Positions 1 to 7,324 of a stretch of DNA of 12,062 nucleotides are shown here, piece by piece. Numbering within the stretch: the first letter of the stretch is position 1; the number at the start of each line of letters is the position of its first letter. The notes beneath the pieces are model-generated. The model was not told the DNA's origin and ran no database searches. It worked only from the letters and a program-made list of their open reading frames with translations. This DNA comes from Armatimonadota bacterium (GTDB taxonomy: Bacteria > Sysuimicrobiota > Sysuimicrobiia > Sysuimicrobiales > Humicultoraceae): NCBI GenBank assembly GCA_052386995.1, contig JBQTJP010000220.1, positions 1-12,062 of the forward strand, written 5' to 3'. Position numbers and translations under genes: made by a program.

Positions 1-329
1 AGCCCGAACGAGATCAGCAGGGAGTTGGCCTCCAGTTCCTCCCGGCTCCGCCTCAGGCGCAGCAAGTGACGAAACAACAGGGTGTGGATGCCCGCCCCCA
101 GTGCGAACATGACGGGGCCGCTGATCAGGATGGTGATCAACGGGTTGATGCCCAGACGGGCGTACAGCAGATAGGTCAGGTAACCGCCGATCATGATGAA
201 CTCGCCGTGGGCCACATTGAGGACGCGCATCAGCCCGTACTGGATGTTCAGCCCGACGGCGATCATTGCATACAGGCCGCCCACGAGGAGCCCGGCTGCC
301 GCCACCTCCAGGAGCAGCGGGACGCTCAC
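1..329 (-). CDS. livH: Branched-chain amino acid ABC transporter permease (LivH-type), 5' part; runs off the window edge
   Basis: Not in the ORF track. Manual translation from GTG at 329 gives MSVPLLLEVAAAGLLVGGLYAMIAVGLNIQYGLMRVLNVAHGEFIMIGGY..., with the LivH 'G..YA..A.GL...YG....LN.AHGEF.M.G' signature. It starts 4 nt after the binding-protein stop. Confidence 0.93.
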   Translation of the reverse strand, partial: MSVPLLLEVAAAGLLVGGLYAMIAVGLNIQYGLMRVLNVAHGEFIMIGGYLTYLLYARLGINPLITILISGPVMFALGAGIHTLLFRHLLRLRRSREELEANSLLISFG

Positions 330-333
330 GGGC

Positions 334-1554
334 TTACTGCCAGTTTGGTTTGGGAACCATGGCCGTGGCCGTCGCCCGGGCCTTGGGCCAGACGACCTCG
401 AACTCGCCCTTCTGCCACTGCCCCACCATCCCGGGGGTCGCGCGGTTGACGCCGCGCACGAACTTCACGGGGCCCACGATGGTCTGAAACTCTGTGGCAT
501 CCAGATATTCCTTGATCTGAGGCCGATCCAATCCGACCTTCTCGACGGCTTCCTCGAGAATCTTGAGCCCCGCATAGGCGAACGCGCTGGCCCACCGGTC
601 AGGCTCCCGGCCAGTCTTCGAGAGGTGCGCGGTGAAGTAGGCCCGCGCGCCGGGATACGGCACCTTGGGGTTCCACACGCCGATTCCGGCGACTCCCTCC
701 GCGTTGTTCCGAAACCGATCACGGAAAGCGGGGAACGCCGTCCCCACGGCCGTGTAGAGTACCGCCGGGTTGAACCCAATCCCGCTCGACTGCGCGACGG
801 CCAGGTTAGTGTCCGGCGGATAGGTGAGCCCGATGAACACGTCCGGCCGCTTCGCCTGGATGCCTTTCAACGTGTCCGAGAGATCCTGCACGCCGAACGG
901 ATAGCTCTTGTCTTCGACCACCTCGAACCCCGCCTGCTTCAACAGAGGCATGAGCGCCTGGTAGTGCTCGACGCCGAAGAGATCGGCCACATGGATGACG
1001 GCCACCTTGTTGAGCTGCGACTTGGACCGCAACTCCCTTAGGTACGCGACCAGCGCGCTCATCATGGCATCGGGCTGGGCCAGCATGGCGTAGAAATAGG
1101 GCAGCCCGAGGTCGCGGAGCCGCAGCGACCCCACGGTCGGGCCGATGAACGGGAAGGAGTGCCGGTTGGCCACCGGCGCCACCGCGAAGTTTGCGGCGGT
1201 GCCCCAGGGCGGCAGCACGAGGTCTACCTTGTCCACCGTGATCAGCCGCTCGTAGAGTCGCACGGCGGTCTCGAGGTCGCTGCGATCGTCGTAGCGGACG
1301 AACTCGATGGGGCGGCGTCCCTGGCCCTTGACCGCGAGCCCGCCCTTTGCATTGACCTCATCGCGCCACAGGAGATAGTTGGGGATCTGCGTGATGTTCG
1401 CGCCTATGGAAAACGGCCCCGTGTCAGAGATGGCAAACCCGATCCGCACCGGACCCGTCTGAGCCCTCGCCGGCGGGACGCGGTAGAGCGCCGCTGTCGC
1501 AGCGGTGGCACCAGCAACTTTGAGGAAGGTCCTCCGCGTGAGCTTCCTGGCCAT
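334..1554 (-). CDS. ABC transporter substrate-binding protein (LivJ/K-like, periplasmic binding protein type 1) with twin-arginine signal
   Basis: N-terminal TRRTFLK Tat motif and ARA cleavage site. Family motifs include 'VRIGFAISDTG', 'EVNAKGG', 'YDDRSD', 'VDLVLPPWG' and 'FQTIVGPVKF...GQWQKG'. Strong SD (AGGAGGAGG) at 1561-1569. Confidence 0.92.
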   Translation of the reverse strand: MARKLTRRTFLKVAGATAATAALYRVPPARAQTGPVRIGFAISDTGPFSIGANITQIPNYLLWRDEVNAKGGLAVKGQGRRPIEFVRYDDRSDLETAVRLYERLITVDKVDLVLPPWGTAANFAVAPVANRHSFPFIGPTVGSLRLRDLGLPYFYAMLAQPDAMMSALVAYLRELRSKSQLNKVAVIHVADLFGVEHYQALMPLLKQAGFEVVEDKSYPFGVQDLSDTLKGIQAKRPDVFIGLTYPPDTNLAVAQSSGIGFNPAVLYTAVGTAFPAFRDRFRNNAEGVAGIGVWNPKVPYPGARAYFTAHLSKTGREPDRWASAFAYAGLKILEEAVEKVGLDRPQIKEYLDATEFQTIVGPVKFVRGVNRATPGMVGQWQKGEFEVVWPKARATATAMVPKPNWQ

Positions 1555-1581
1555 GGTACGCCTCCTCCTGATACCGCGGTG

Positions 1582-2316
1582 TCACACTCCCAGGTATGCG
1601 CGCGTCACCTTTCGCTCCGCGAGGAGATTTCTCCCCTGGCCCTCCAGCACGACCCGGCCGTTCTCCAGGACGTAGCCCCGATCGGCCAGCGAGAGCGCCT
1701 GCCTGACGTTCTGCTCGGCCAGCAGCAGGGTGACGCCACCGTCACGGATGCGCCCGACGAGGTCAAAGAGCGCAGCGACCATGCGCGGGGCGAGACCCAG
1801 CGACGGCTCGTCCAGCATCAGGAAGATCGGACGTTGCATGAGCGCCCGACCGATGGCCAGCATCTGCTGCTCACCTCCGGAGAGCGTGCCGGCGATTTGT
1901 CGGCGGCGATCCCGCAGAAGCGGTAGAAACCCGAAGACTCGCTCGAGAGCGTCACGACGCTCGACCCGGCCCAGTCGGGCGAACGCCGCAACCTCAAGGT
2001 TTTCCAGCACGGACAGCCCGGGAAACACATGGCGGCCCTCGGGGACGTGGGCAATCCCGCGGGCCACGATTTCTGCGGGATCAAGTCCGTTCAGAAGGCG
2101 GCCGTCAAAACGGATGGTCCCGCGCGTGACATCGAGGAAGCCCTCCTGCAGCCCCGAGAGCGCCCGAAGGAGTGTGGTCTTCCCGGCTCCATTGGATCCC
2201 ACCAGGGCCACGATTTCGCCCGCCCTGACCGCGAGCGATACATCCCACAGGACCGGGATCTCCCGGTACTCGGCCTGAAGCCCCTCGATCTCAAGCAAGA
2301 AGCCGCTCGCGCTCAT
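1582..2316 (-). CDS. livF: Branched-chain amino acid ABC transporter ATP-binding protein (LivF-type)
   Basis: Walker A GSNGAGKT, 'HVPEGRHVF', signature LSGGEQQMLAIGRAL, Walker B LMLDEPSLGLAP, EQN switch and terminal AYLG. Overlaps the upstream gene by 4 nt (ATGA). Confidence 0.95.
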   Translation of the reverse strand: MSASGFLLEIEGLQAEYREIPVLWDVSLAVRAGEIVALVGSNGAGKTTLLRALSGLQEGFLDVTRGTIRFDGRLLNGLDPAEIVARGIAHVPEGRHVFPGLSVLENLEVAAFARLGRVERRDALERVFGFLPLLRDRRRQIAGTLSGGEQQMLAIGRALMQRPIFLMLDEPSLGLAPRMVAALFDLVGRIRDGGVTLLLAEQNVRQALSLADRGYVLENGRVVLEGQGRNLLAERKVTRAYLGV

Positions 2317-3068
2317 CCGCGTGCATCAACCGGCACCGGCGGGCCTTCGCCGAGGTAGGCGTCCAGCACCCGGGGATCTTCGGCCACGGTCGCGGGCGGC
2401 CCCTCGGCAATCTTCTCGCCATAGTGAAGCACGATCACGCGGTCGGCCACGCCCATGATGGCCTCCATCACATGCTCCACCCAGAGTACCGCAGCGCCAC
2501 GCTCGTCACGGATGCGTCGAATGAGACGCATCGCGAACTGGACCTCACCGGGATGCAGCCCGGCCATCAACTCGTCGAGCAGCAGGACGCGCGGCCGCGT
2601 GGCCAAGACCATCGCCAGCTCCAGCAGCTTGCGCCGGCCCGTCGGCTCGCGGCCGGCGAGAAAGGGCGCACGGTCCTCGAGGTTCACCAACTCGAGGGCC
2701 CGCATGGCCTCGCTGACCTCACCTTCTCGCGTCTGCCACGACGCTTCGGCCCGGGGCCGGAAGAAGGCACCCGTGAGCACGTTCTCAAGACACGTCAGAT
2801 ACGGAAACAGGCGCGGGACCTGAAACGTCCGGCCAATGCCCATGCGGCTGATGCGATAGGCCGGCAGCCTGGTGATCTCGTCCCCGTCAAGGCGGACGCT
2901 CCCCGCGGTGGGCCTGATCAGACCGCTGATGATGTTGAAGAGGGTGGTCTTGCCGGCTCCGTTGGGTCCGATGAGCCCGACGATTTCGCCCGGGGCCACC
3001 TGGAAGCTCACACCGGCGAGTGCGGTGAGGCCTCCGAAGCGTCTGGTGATGCCGATCCCCTGGAGCAC
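2313..3068 (-). CDS. livG: Branched-chain amino acid ABC transporter ATP-binding protein (LivG-type)
   Basis: 'RFGGLTAL', Walker A GPNGAGKT, 'GRTFQ', LLLDE, VEH and terminal AYLG. The ORF-track start at 3215 overlaps the upstream gene, so GTG 3068 (or ATT 3080) is more plausible. Confidence 0.93.
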   Translation of the reverse strand: MLQGIGITRRFGGLTALAGVSFQVAPGEIVGLIGPNGAGKTTLFNIISGLIRPTAGSVRLDGDEITRLPAYRISRMGIGRTFQVPRLFPYLTCLENVLTGAFFRPRAEASWQTREGEVSEAMRALELVNLEDRAPFLAGREPTGRRKLLELAMVLATRPRVLLLDELMAGLHPGEVQFAMRLIRRIRDERGAAVLWVEHVMEAIMGVADRVIVLHYGEKIAEGPPATVAEDPRVLDAYLGEGPPVPVDARG

Positions 3069-3112
3069 GCTGACCCGAATGCCTGCTTCCTCTTTCGAAT
3101 GTAGTCTTACGT

Positions 3113-4219
3113 CTAGTGCCACACCTCCCCCGCGGTCTCCGCGACCAGGCGGAGCTTTGCCCACTGGTCGTCCTCGGTGAGCAGATTGCCTTCCATCGTG
3201 GAGGCGAATCCGCACTGGGGGCTGAGCGCCAGATTCTCGAGCGGGACGTAGCGCGAGGCTTCCTCGATCCGCTGGATCAACTCACGCTTCGCCTCGAGTT
3301 GAGGCCGCTTGCTGCTGACCAGTCCCAGGACCACCTGCCTGCCACGGGGGACGAAGCGCAGCGGCTCGAATGTGCCGGAGCGCTCGTCGTCGTATTCCAG
3401 CAAGAACCGGTCCACCTGGAGCGTGGAGAAGAGCTTCTCGGCGATCGGATCGTAGCCACCCTCGGCGTACCACTGGCTGCGGTTGTTGCCGCGGCAGAGG
3501 TGTATCGCCATGGTGACGCCCGGGCGGCGCGCACCCTCAAGACAAACATTATCGGCGCGGATCGCCTCGTCCAGCGCCTGGGAGGGTTCAAGCCCCATCT
3601 CGTTTTGGACATACGACCGCCATTTGGGATCGATGTAGTAACTATACCGCGGAGCGTCGATCTGAATGTACTGCACCCCGTCCCCGATAAGTGCCTGGAT
3701 CTCGGCCTTGATGACGGGCACGATATCCCACAGGAGCGCCGAGTGGCTCGGATAGACCCTGTCGGTCACGCCACGCTTGAATGCGATCGCTGGGAACTGG
3801 TTGGCCGTCGGAAGGGTAACTTTGATCGCGCCCGGGCTGTGGGCCTTGAGGAACGACACCTCGTGTGCGGTCATGCGCCGGACCGGACGGAGTTTTGCCG
3901 TGACAATTCCGGCCACGCTGCTGGGCGCCGCCTGGGACGTCGCCGTGGTGGCGCTGCCCTGCCACGATCGGGCCAGTTCGCTGCCGAGGTCGAAGCCTTC
4001 GACCGCATCGATGAAGTCGCTCATGAAGTTGCGCCGCCGCAGCTCGCCATCGGTGAAGATCTCGAAGCCCAGCTCCTTCTGTTTGGCGAGCACGCGCAGG
4101 ATGTGACGGTTCTCGATGGCCTGGAGGCGCTGCACATCCGCACCGTCGCGACGCGCTTCCAGCAGTTCCGCGGGGCGCAGGAAACTGCCGACCTGATCGG
4201 CTCGATACGGCGCGCTCAT
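3113..4219 (-). CDS. Short cobalamin-independent methionine synthase II family protein (MetE C-terminal domain only; YxjH/YxjG-like)
   Basis: 'RADQVGSFLRP', 'TDGELRR', 'IQIDAP', Zn-ligand motifs HLCRGN, LEYD and LSPQCGFAS, and C-terminal 'QWAKLRLV..A.EVW'. GGAGG SD upstream. Confidence 0.92.
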   Translation of the reverse strand: MSAPYRADQVGSFLRPAELLEARRDGADVQRLQAIENRHILRVLAKQKELGFEIFTDGELRRRNFMSDFIDAVEGFDLGSELARSWQGSATTATSQAAPSSVAGIVTAKLRPVRRMTAHEVSFLKAHSPGAIKVTLPTANQFPAIAFKRGVTDRVYPSHSALLWDIVPVIKAEIQALIGDGVQYIQIDAPRYSYYIDPKWRSYVQNEMGLEPSQALDEAIRADNVCLEGARRPGVTMAIHLCRGNNRSQWYAEGGYDPIAEKLFSTLQVDRFLLEYDDERSGTFEPLRFVPRGRQVVLGLVSSKRPQLEAKRELIQRIEEASRYVPLENLALSPQCGFASTMEGNLLTEDDQWAKLRLVAETAGEVWH

Positions 4220-4287
4220 GTGCGTCCTCCTCTACAATCGTGACGGCGAGGGATGCATTTCTGCGTTGCGCCGAAGGCCTCCTACGC

Positions 4288-5580
4288 TCAGCGCCCGCCG
4301 AGGACGCCCCACCAGGCGCCCTGCTCTACGTCGGAGAGATCAAACACCGTCAGGCCGTCGGTGAGTCGGGCGATTGCACGGATCGCGGCTTCGGCCCTGG
4401 CCCGATCTTCCTTATAGAGATCGAGCCACACGGTTCCCAGCAGCGGCAGGTCTCCGGTGACCTCCCGACCCAACACCGCGCCCCCGGCCACACTCCTCCA
4501 CCAGGCGGTTCTGCCCCGGGCCGCCTCCCACGGTGAGATCGCGCGGTAGTACAGACCGATCATCAGGTAATCCAAGTAGGGAGTCAGACTCGCCTGTGCC
4601 CACGCGTCGCTCCACGCGGAGAAGAGGCGCGGCGCCTCGGGTTGCGCCCAGTTCTGCCCGACCTCGAAGATCGTGGGATACCAGGCGCCCACGTACATCC
4701 CCACGGGCAGACCTGGCCGCATTTGCCGGATCAGCCGCGAGGCTGCGCGCACGTAGGCCTGGATCACCGATGCGCGCCAGGCCACCCACGATGAAAAGAG
4801 CGGACCGGGCCGCAGCGTCTTTGACGTGGGATCCAGCACATCGTGCGGCCACTGCGCGACGCGGCGCCCGAGATGGGCTTCGAAGAGGCTTCGGCTGAGA
4901 TCGGAGAAATCGGCATCTACGCCCGCAAAGCGGGCGCGATCCAGAACAATGCCGTCCACGTCGTAGCGCGCAAGGATCTCCCAGAGGATGGCCAGTTCGT
5001 ACAGCTGCGCCTCCGGGTGTGCCGGGTTCACAAACGCGATAGCCACCGCCGCCGATGATCGAACCAGCACCGGCTCGCCGTTGGGGCCCGGTCGCAGGTG
5101 CACGCTCTCCCATTCCGGCCGGCTCCCGACCAGACCCACTGTCGGTCTGGCGCGGTCCAGGGTCACACCCTCACCGAAGGCGTTGACGGCGGGGTGCACG
5201 CGCAGACCGGCGGCATGGGCCTCTTCGATGAGGACGTGCAGTGGATCGAAGTCTTTCGGGAACCACTCGGCGGGAGGGGGATAGCCGTAGCGCGCGAGTG
5301 GCGACGTGCGTATGTGCGCGACGAAGGCAGACTCGTAGATGACGAATCCCCAGGCGTTCTTGGCTTCAGGGATCAGCGTGTCGATTCCGGCCGCCCGCGC
5401 GCGCTCGACCATAGCGCGGATCGCCTCGCGGTTCGAGAGCAGGCGCAGGTTGGCGGACGTTTCGATCCACAGAGCCCGACGCGGAAGGCGCCCCTGCGCG
5501 GCATCCGCGGAGGCCGGGAGCGCCGCGAGGAAAGCCGTGACGAGTAGCGTGGCAACAAGCGGAAGAATCGGCCTGCGCAA
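4288..5580 (-). CDS. Secreted glycoside hydrolase, GHL10 (YddW/DigH-like) family
   Basis: Sec signal peptide. Motifs 'RALWI', 'AGIDTL', 'FDPLHVLIEEAHAAGLRVH', 'FVNPAHPE', 'YDVDGIVLD', 'WVAWR', 'GQNW' and 'LDYLM' fit the GHL10 TIM barrel. Confidence 0.82.
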   Translation of the reverse strand: MRRPILPLVATLLVTAFLAALPASADAAQGRLPRRALWIETSANLRLLSNREAIRAMVERARAAGIDTLIPEAKNAWGFVIYESAFVAHIRTSPLARYGYPPPAEWFPKDFDPLHVLIEEAHAAGLRVHPAVNAFGEGVTLDRARPTVGLVGSRPEWESVHLRPGPNGEPVLVRSSAAVAIAFVNPAHPEAQLYELAILWEILARYDVDGIVLDRARFAGVDADFSDLSRSLFEAHLGRRVAQWPHDVLDPTSKTLRPGPLFSSWVAWRASVIQAYVRAASRLIRQMRPGLPVGMYVGAWYPTIFEVGQNWAQPEAPRLFSAWSDAWAQASLTPYLDYLMIGLYYRAISPWEAARGRTAWWRSVAGGAVLGREVTGDLPLLGTVWLDLYKEDRARAEAAIRAIARLTDGLTVFDLSDVEQGAWWGVLGGR

Positions 5581-5586
5581 CGTGGG

Positions 5587-5979
5587 CTACCTGCCAACCA
5601 GCAATACCCTACAGGCGTCGAGTTCCAAAATGACCAGCTCCACGTTGTGCGACTGCAGAAATGCCCGGGAAGTCTCATGGCCCGGCCATGTGGCACCGAC
5701 CACGACCTTCGGAATCCCGAATTTGACAATGGGACCAGCACACATCAGGCACGGGAACGCCGTAGCGTACATGACCGTGTCATCGTAGTTCGGCTGCAGG
5801 CCAGCGGCCCGGATGGCCTCCATCTCGGCGTGACTGGTCGGATCGTTATGCTGGATCGCCAGATTTCTTCCTAACCCGATGATCGCCTGACCCCGGACCA
5901 ACGCCGCTCCAAAGGGATAGCCACCCTCGGCCTGGGTAGCCCGTGCTTCTGCAATGGCCGCCTGCATGAACCGGTCCAC
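5587..5979 (-). CDS. Zn-dependent nucleoside/cytosine deaminase (CDA fold)
   Basis: 'PFGAALV', HAE and PCLMC Zn motifs, 'GIPKVVVG'. Likely start is GTG 5979 (MDRFMQAAI); the ORF track gives 5988. Confidence 0.9.
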   Translation of the reverse strand: MDRFMQAAIAEARATQAEGGYPFGAALVRGQAIIGLGRNLAIQHNDPTSHAEMEAIRAAGLQPNYDDTVMYATAFPCLMCAGPIVKFGIPKVVVGATWPGHETSRAFLQSHNVELVILELDACRVLLVGR

Positions 5980-6095
5980 GAGAGTCACCTTCTTCCATGT
6001 CGATTGCCCTCCGGGAAGCGCCTACGCGGAGCTGAGCCTCACCCCCGACGAGCGTGTCCCACAGCGCGAGCGCGACGCGGTGTAGACCTCCCGTC

Positions 6096-6548
6096 TCACT
6101 TCGCTCCGGTTCTTCGGCGGATCAGACTCACGAGCTCGCCCTGCTGCACCGTCTCGCCGCGCTGGTTGACCACATCGATGTGCTGCACGACCACTCCACG
6201 CTCGCTGTTCGATGTCTCACGCACATCCTGAATCGTCGTCGTTACGCGCACCGTGTCCCCGATGAACACGGGCTTGAGAAACCGCCATGAGCGGATTTCC
6301 AACAGCGCGAGCAGCGTCCCTTCAAATACGCCGGTGCGCTGGCGCAGCCCGGCGGTCAGGGAAAGCACGAGGCTACCGTGCGCGACACGCCGACCGAACA
6401 GTGTCGTCCGGGCAAACTCCTCGTCGGTGTGGAGGGGATTGTAGTCGCCGGAGACACCGGCAAAGTTCACCAGGTCGGCCTCCGTGATGGTCCGCCCGGG
6501 GGTGTCGAACCGCATGCCGACCGCCAGATCCTCAAAGTGTAAGGGCAT
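6096..6548 (-). CDS. MaoC-family (hotdog fold) dehydratase
   Basis: 'FEDLAVG...RTITEADLVNFAGVSGDYNPLHTDEEFA...FGRRVAHG', 'FLKPVFIGDT' and 'NQRGETV'. ATG 6548 has a GGAGG SD upstream. Confidence 0.93.
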   Translation of the reverse strand: MPLHFEDLAVGMRFDTPGRTITEADLVNFAGVSGDYNPLHTDEEFARTTLFGRRVAHGSLVLSLTAGLRQRTGVFEGTLLALLEIRSWRFLKPVFIGDTVRVTTTIQDVRETSNSERGVVVQHIDVVNQRGETVQQGELVSLIRRRTGAK

Positions 6549-7005
6549 CGCTTCCTCCGACTGACAGGACTTCAACGCGTCGCAAACACCACAGGGACGT
6601 ACGCGCTGCATCGGTGGTGGTGAATCCCACGATATTCCCTGAGGCGCTGGATTTCAGGTTGAACGCGGAGTAAGGCGGTAGGTTAGGCGTGATGTCTTCA
6701 GGTGGGCCGCCCTCAAAAGGCACACGTACATAGTGCCCGATCTCATTCCCGTCAGAATCCTGAAGGTAGTACACGTGCCTGCCGTCTGGGGAGTATAACG
6801 GGAAGTGGAGTCCGCCAGGCTTGTAGGTAATCTGCCTTAGTTCCCCGGTTGGGACATCCCATGCGTAGACCTGTGAGGCGCCGGTGCGGTTCGTCCGCGC
6901 GAACCCTCTTGTCTGGGCCAACCTGGCGATCCACGCGCCCCAGATCCACGGCGAGCGAAATCGCCGCTTCCATGGCGCCTGGTCGTCAGTTTGGATGGGT
7001 CGCAA
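6532..7005 (-). pseudogene. N-terminal beta-propeller fragment of an S9-family (prolyl oligopeptidase/acylaminoacyl) peptidase, truncated
   Basis: 'WKRRFR', 'QVYAWDVPTGELRQIT', 'SPDGRHVYYLQDSDGNEIGHYVRVPFEGG' are WD40/TolB-like blades as in S9 N-termini. Similarity appears to end near 6605 and there is no GxSxG catalytic domain. GAGGG SD precedes TTG 7005. Confidence 0.65.
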
Positions 7006-7082
7006 AGAGTTCCCTCATTCTCAAAGGTTCAACACGCGGGGGCAAGTTCTTCTCTGCTTGGGTACGGGCCGCGAGCATCCGA

Positions 7083-7103
7083 ACTCGGGCCGGACCGAGT
7101 TGC
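7083..7103. repeat. Left copy of 21-bp inverted repeat (near-perfect palindrome, REP-like)
   Basis: ACTCGGGCCGGACCGAGTTGC is the exact reverse complement of 8447-8467. Positions 7082-7101 (AACTCGGGCCGGACCGAGTT) differ by one base from a perfect 20-bp palindrome. Confidence 0.95.
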
Positions 7104-7271
7104 CCTACGAAAACTGCCCGCACGGATCGAGAGAAAAAGCTTGACAGATTTTCGCAGGGGATTCTCGACGTCGAGGCCAGCCGCTCGGAGATGGTCAGTA
7201 CGCGCACTGGAATCACGCGGGCACGGCTTTTCGGACGACAAGTGGGCCGAGAAAAGGGTCGGGCGGCTGGC
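7103..7271. ncRNA. Candidate structured RNA upstream of the HNH gene
   Basis: Hand-found helices: 7103-7116/7145-7159 (13 bp, one mismatch, one bulge) and 7176-7188/7259-7271 (13 contiguous pairs including 2 G-U). The latter encloses 7196-7199/7206-7209 and 7227-7232/7251-7256. Expression is unproven. Confidence 0.3.
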
Positions 7272-7309
7272 ATCACACTGAGACGTTTCTGAGGGCTTCG
7301 AAATCTCCA

Positions 7310-7318
7310 TGGTATACA
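7310..7318 (+). promoter_or_regulatory. Putative extended -10 promoter for leaderless transcription of the HNH gene
   Basis: TG-G-TATACA with the hexamer at 7313-7318, ending 6 nt before ATG 7325. It lies in an AT-rich patch and there is no SD. Confidence 0.45.
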
Positions 7319-7324
7319 TAAGAT

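Noticed and set aside
193..4243. Long plus-strand ORFs (193-1041, 1159-1926, 2424-3104, 3116-4243)
   Set aside because: Antisense shadows of well-supported minus-strand genes in GC-rich DNA, with no recognisable motifs.
4220..4287. SAM or cobalamin riboswitch upstream of the MetE-like gene
   Set aside because: The gap is only 68 nt and lacks recognisable conserved cores.
5989..6015. GGAGG plus ATG (5998, minus strand) upstream of the deaminase
   Set aside because: Out of frame with the deaminase and gives only a short peptide with no features; cannot be supported as a gene.
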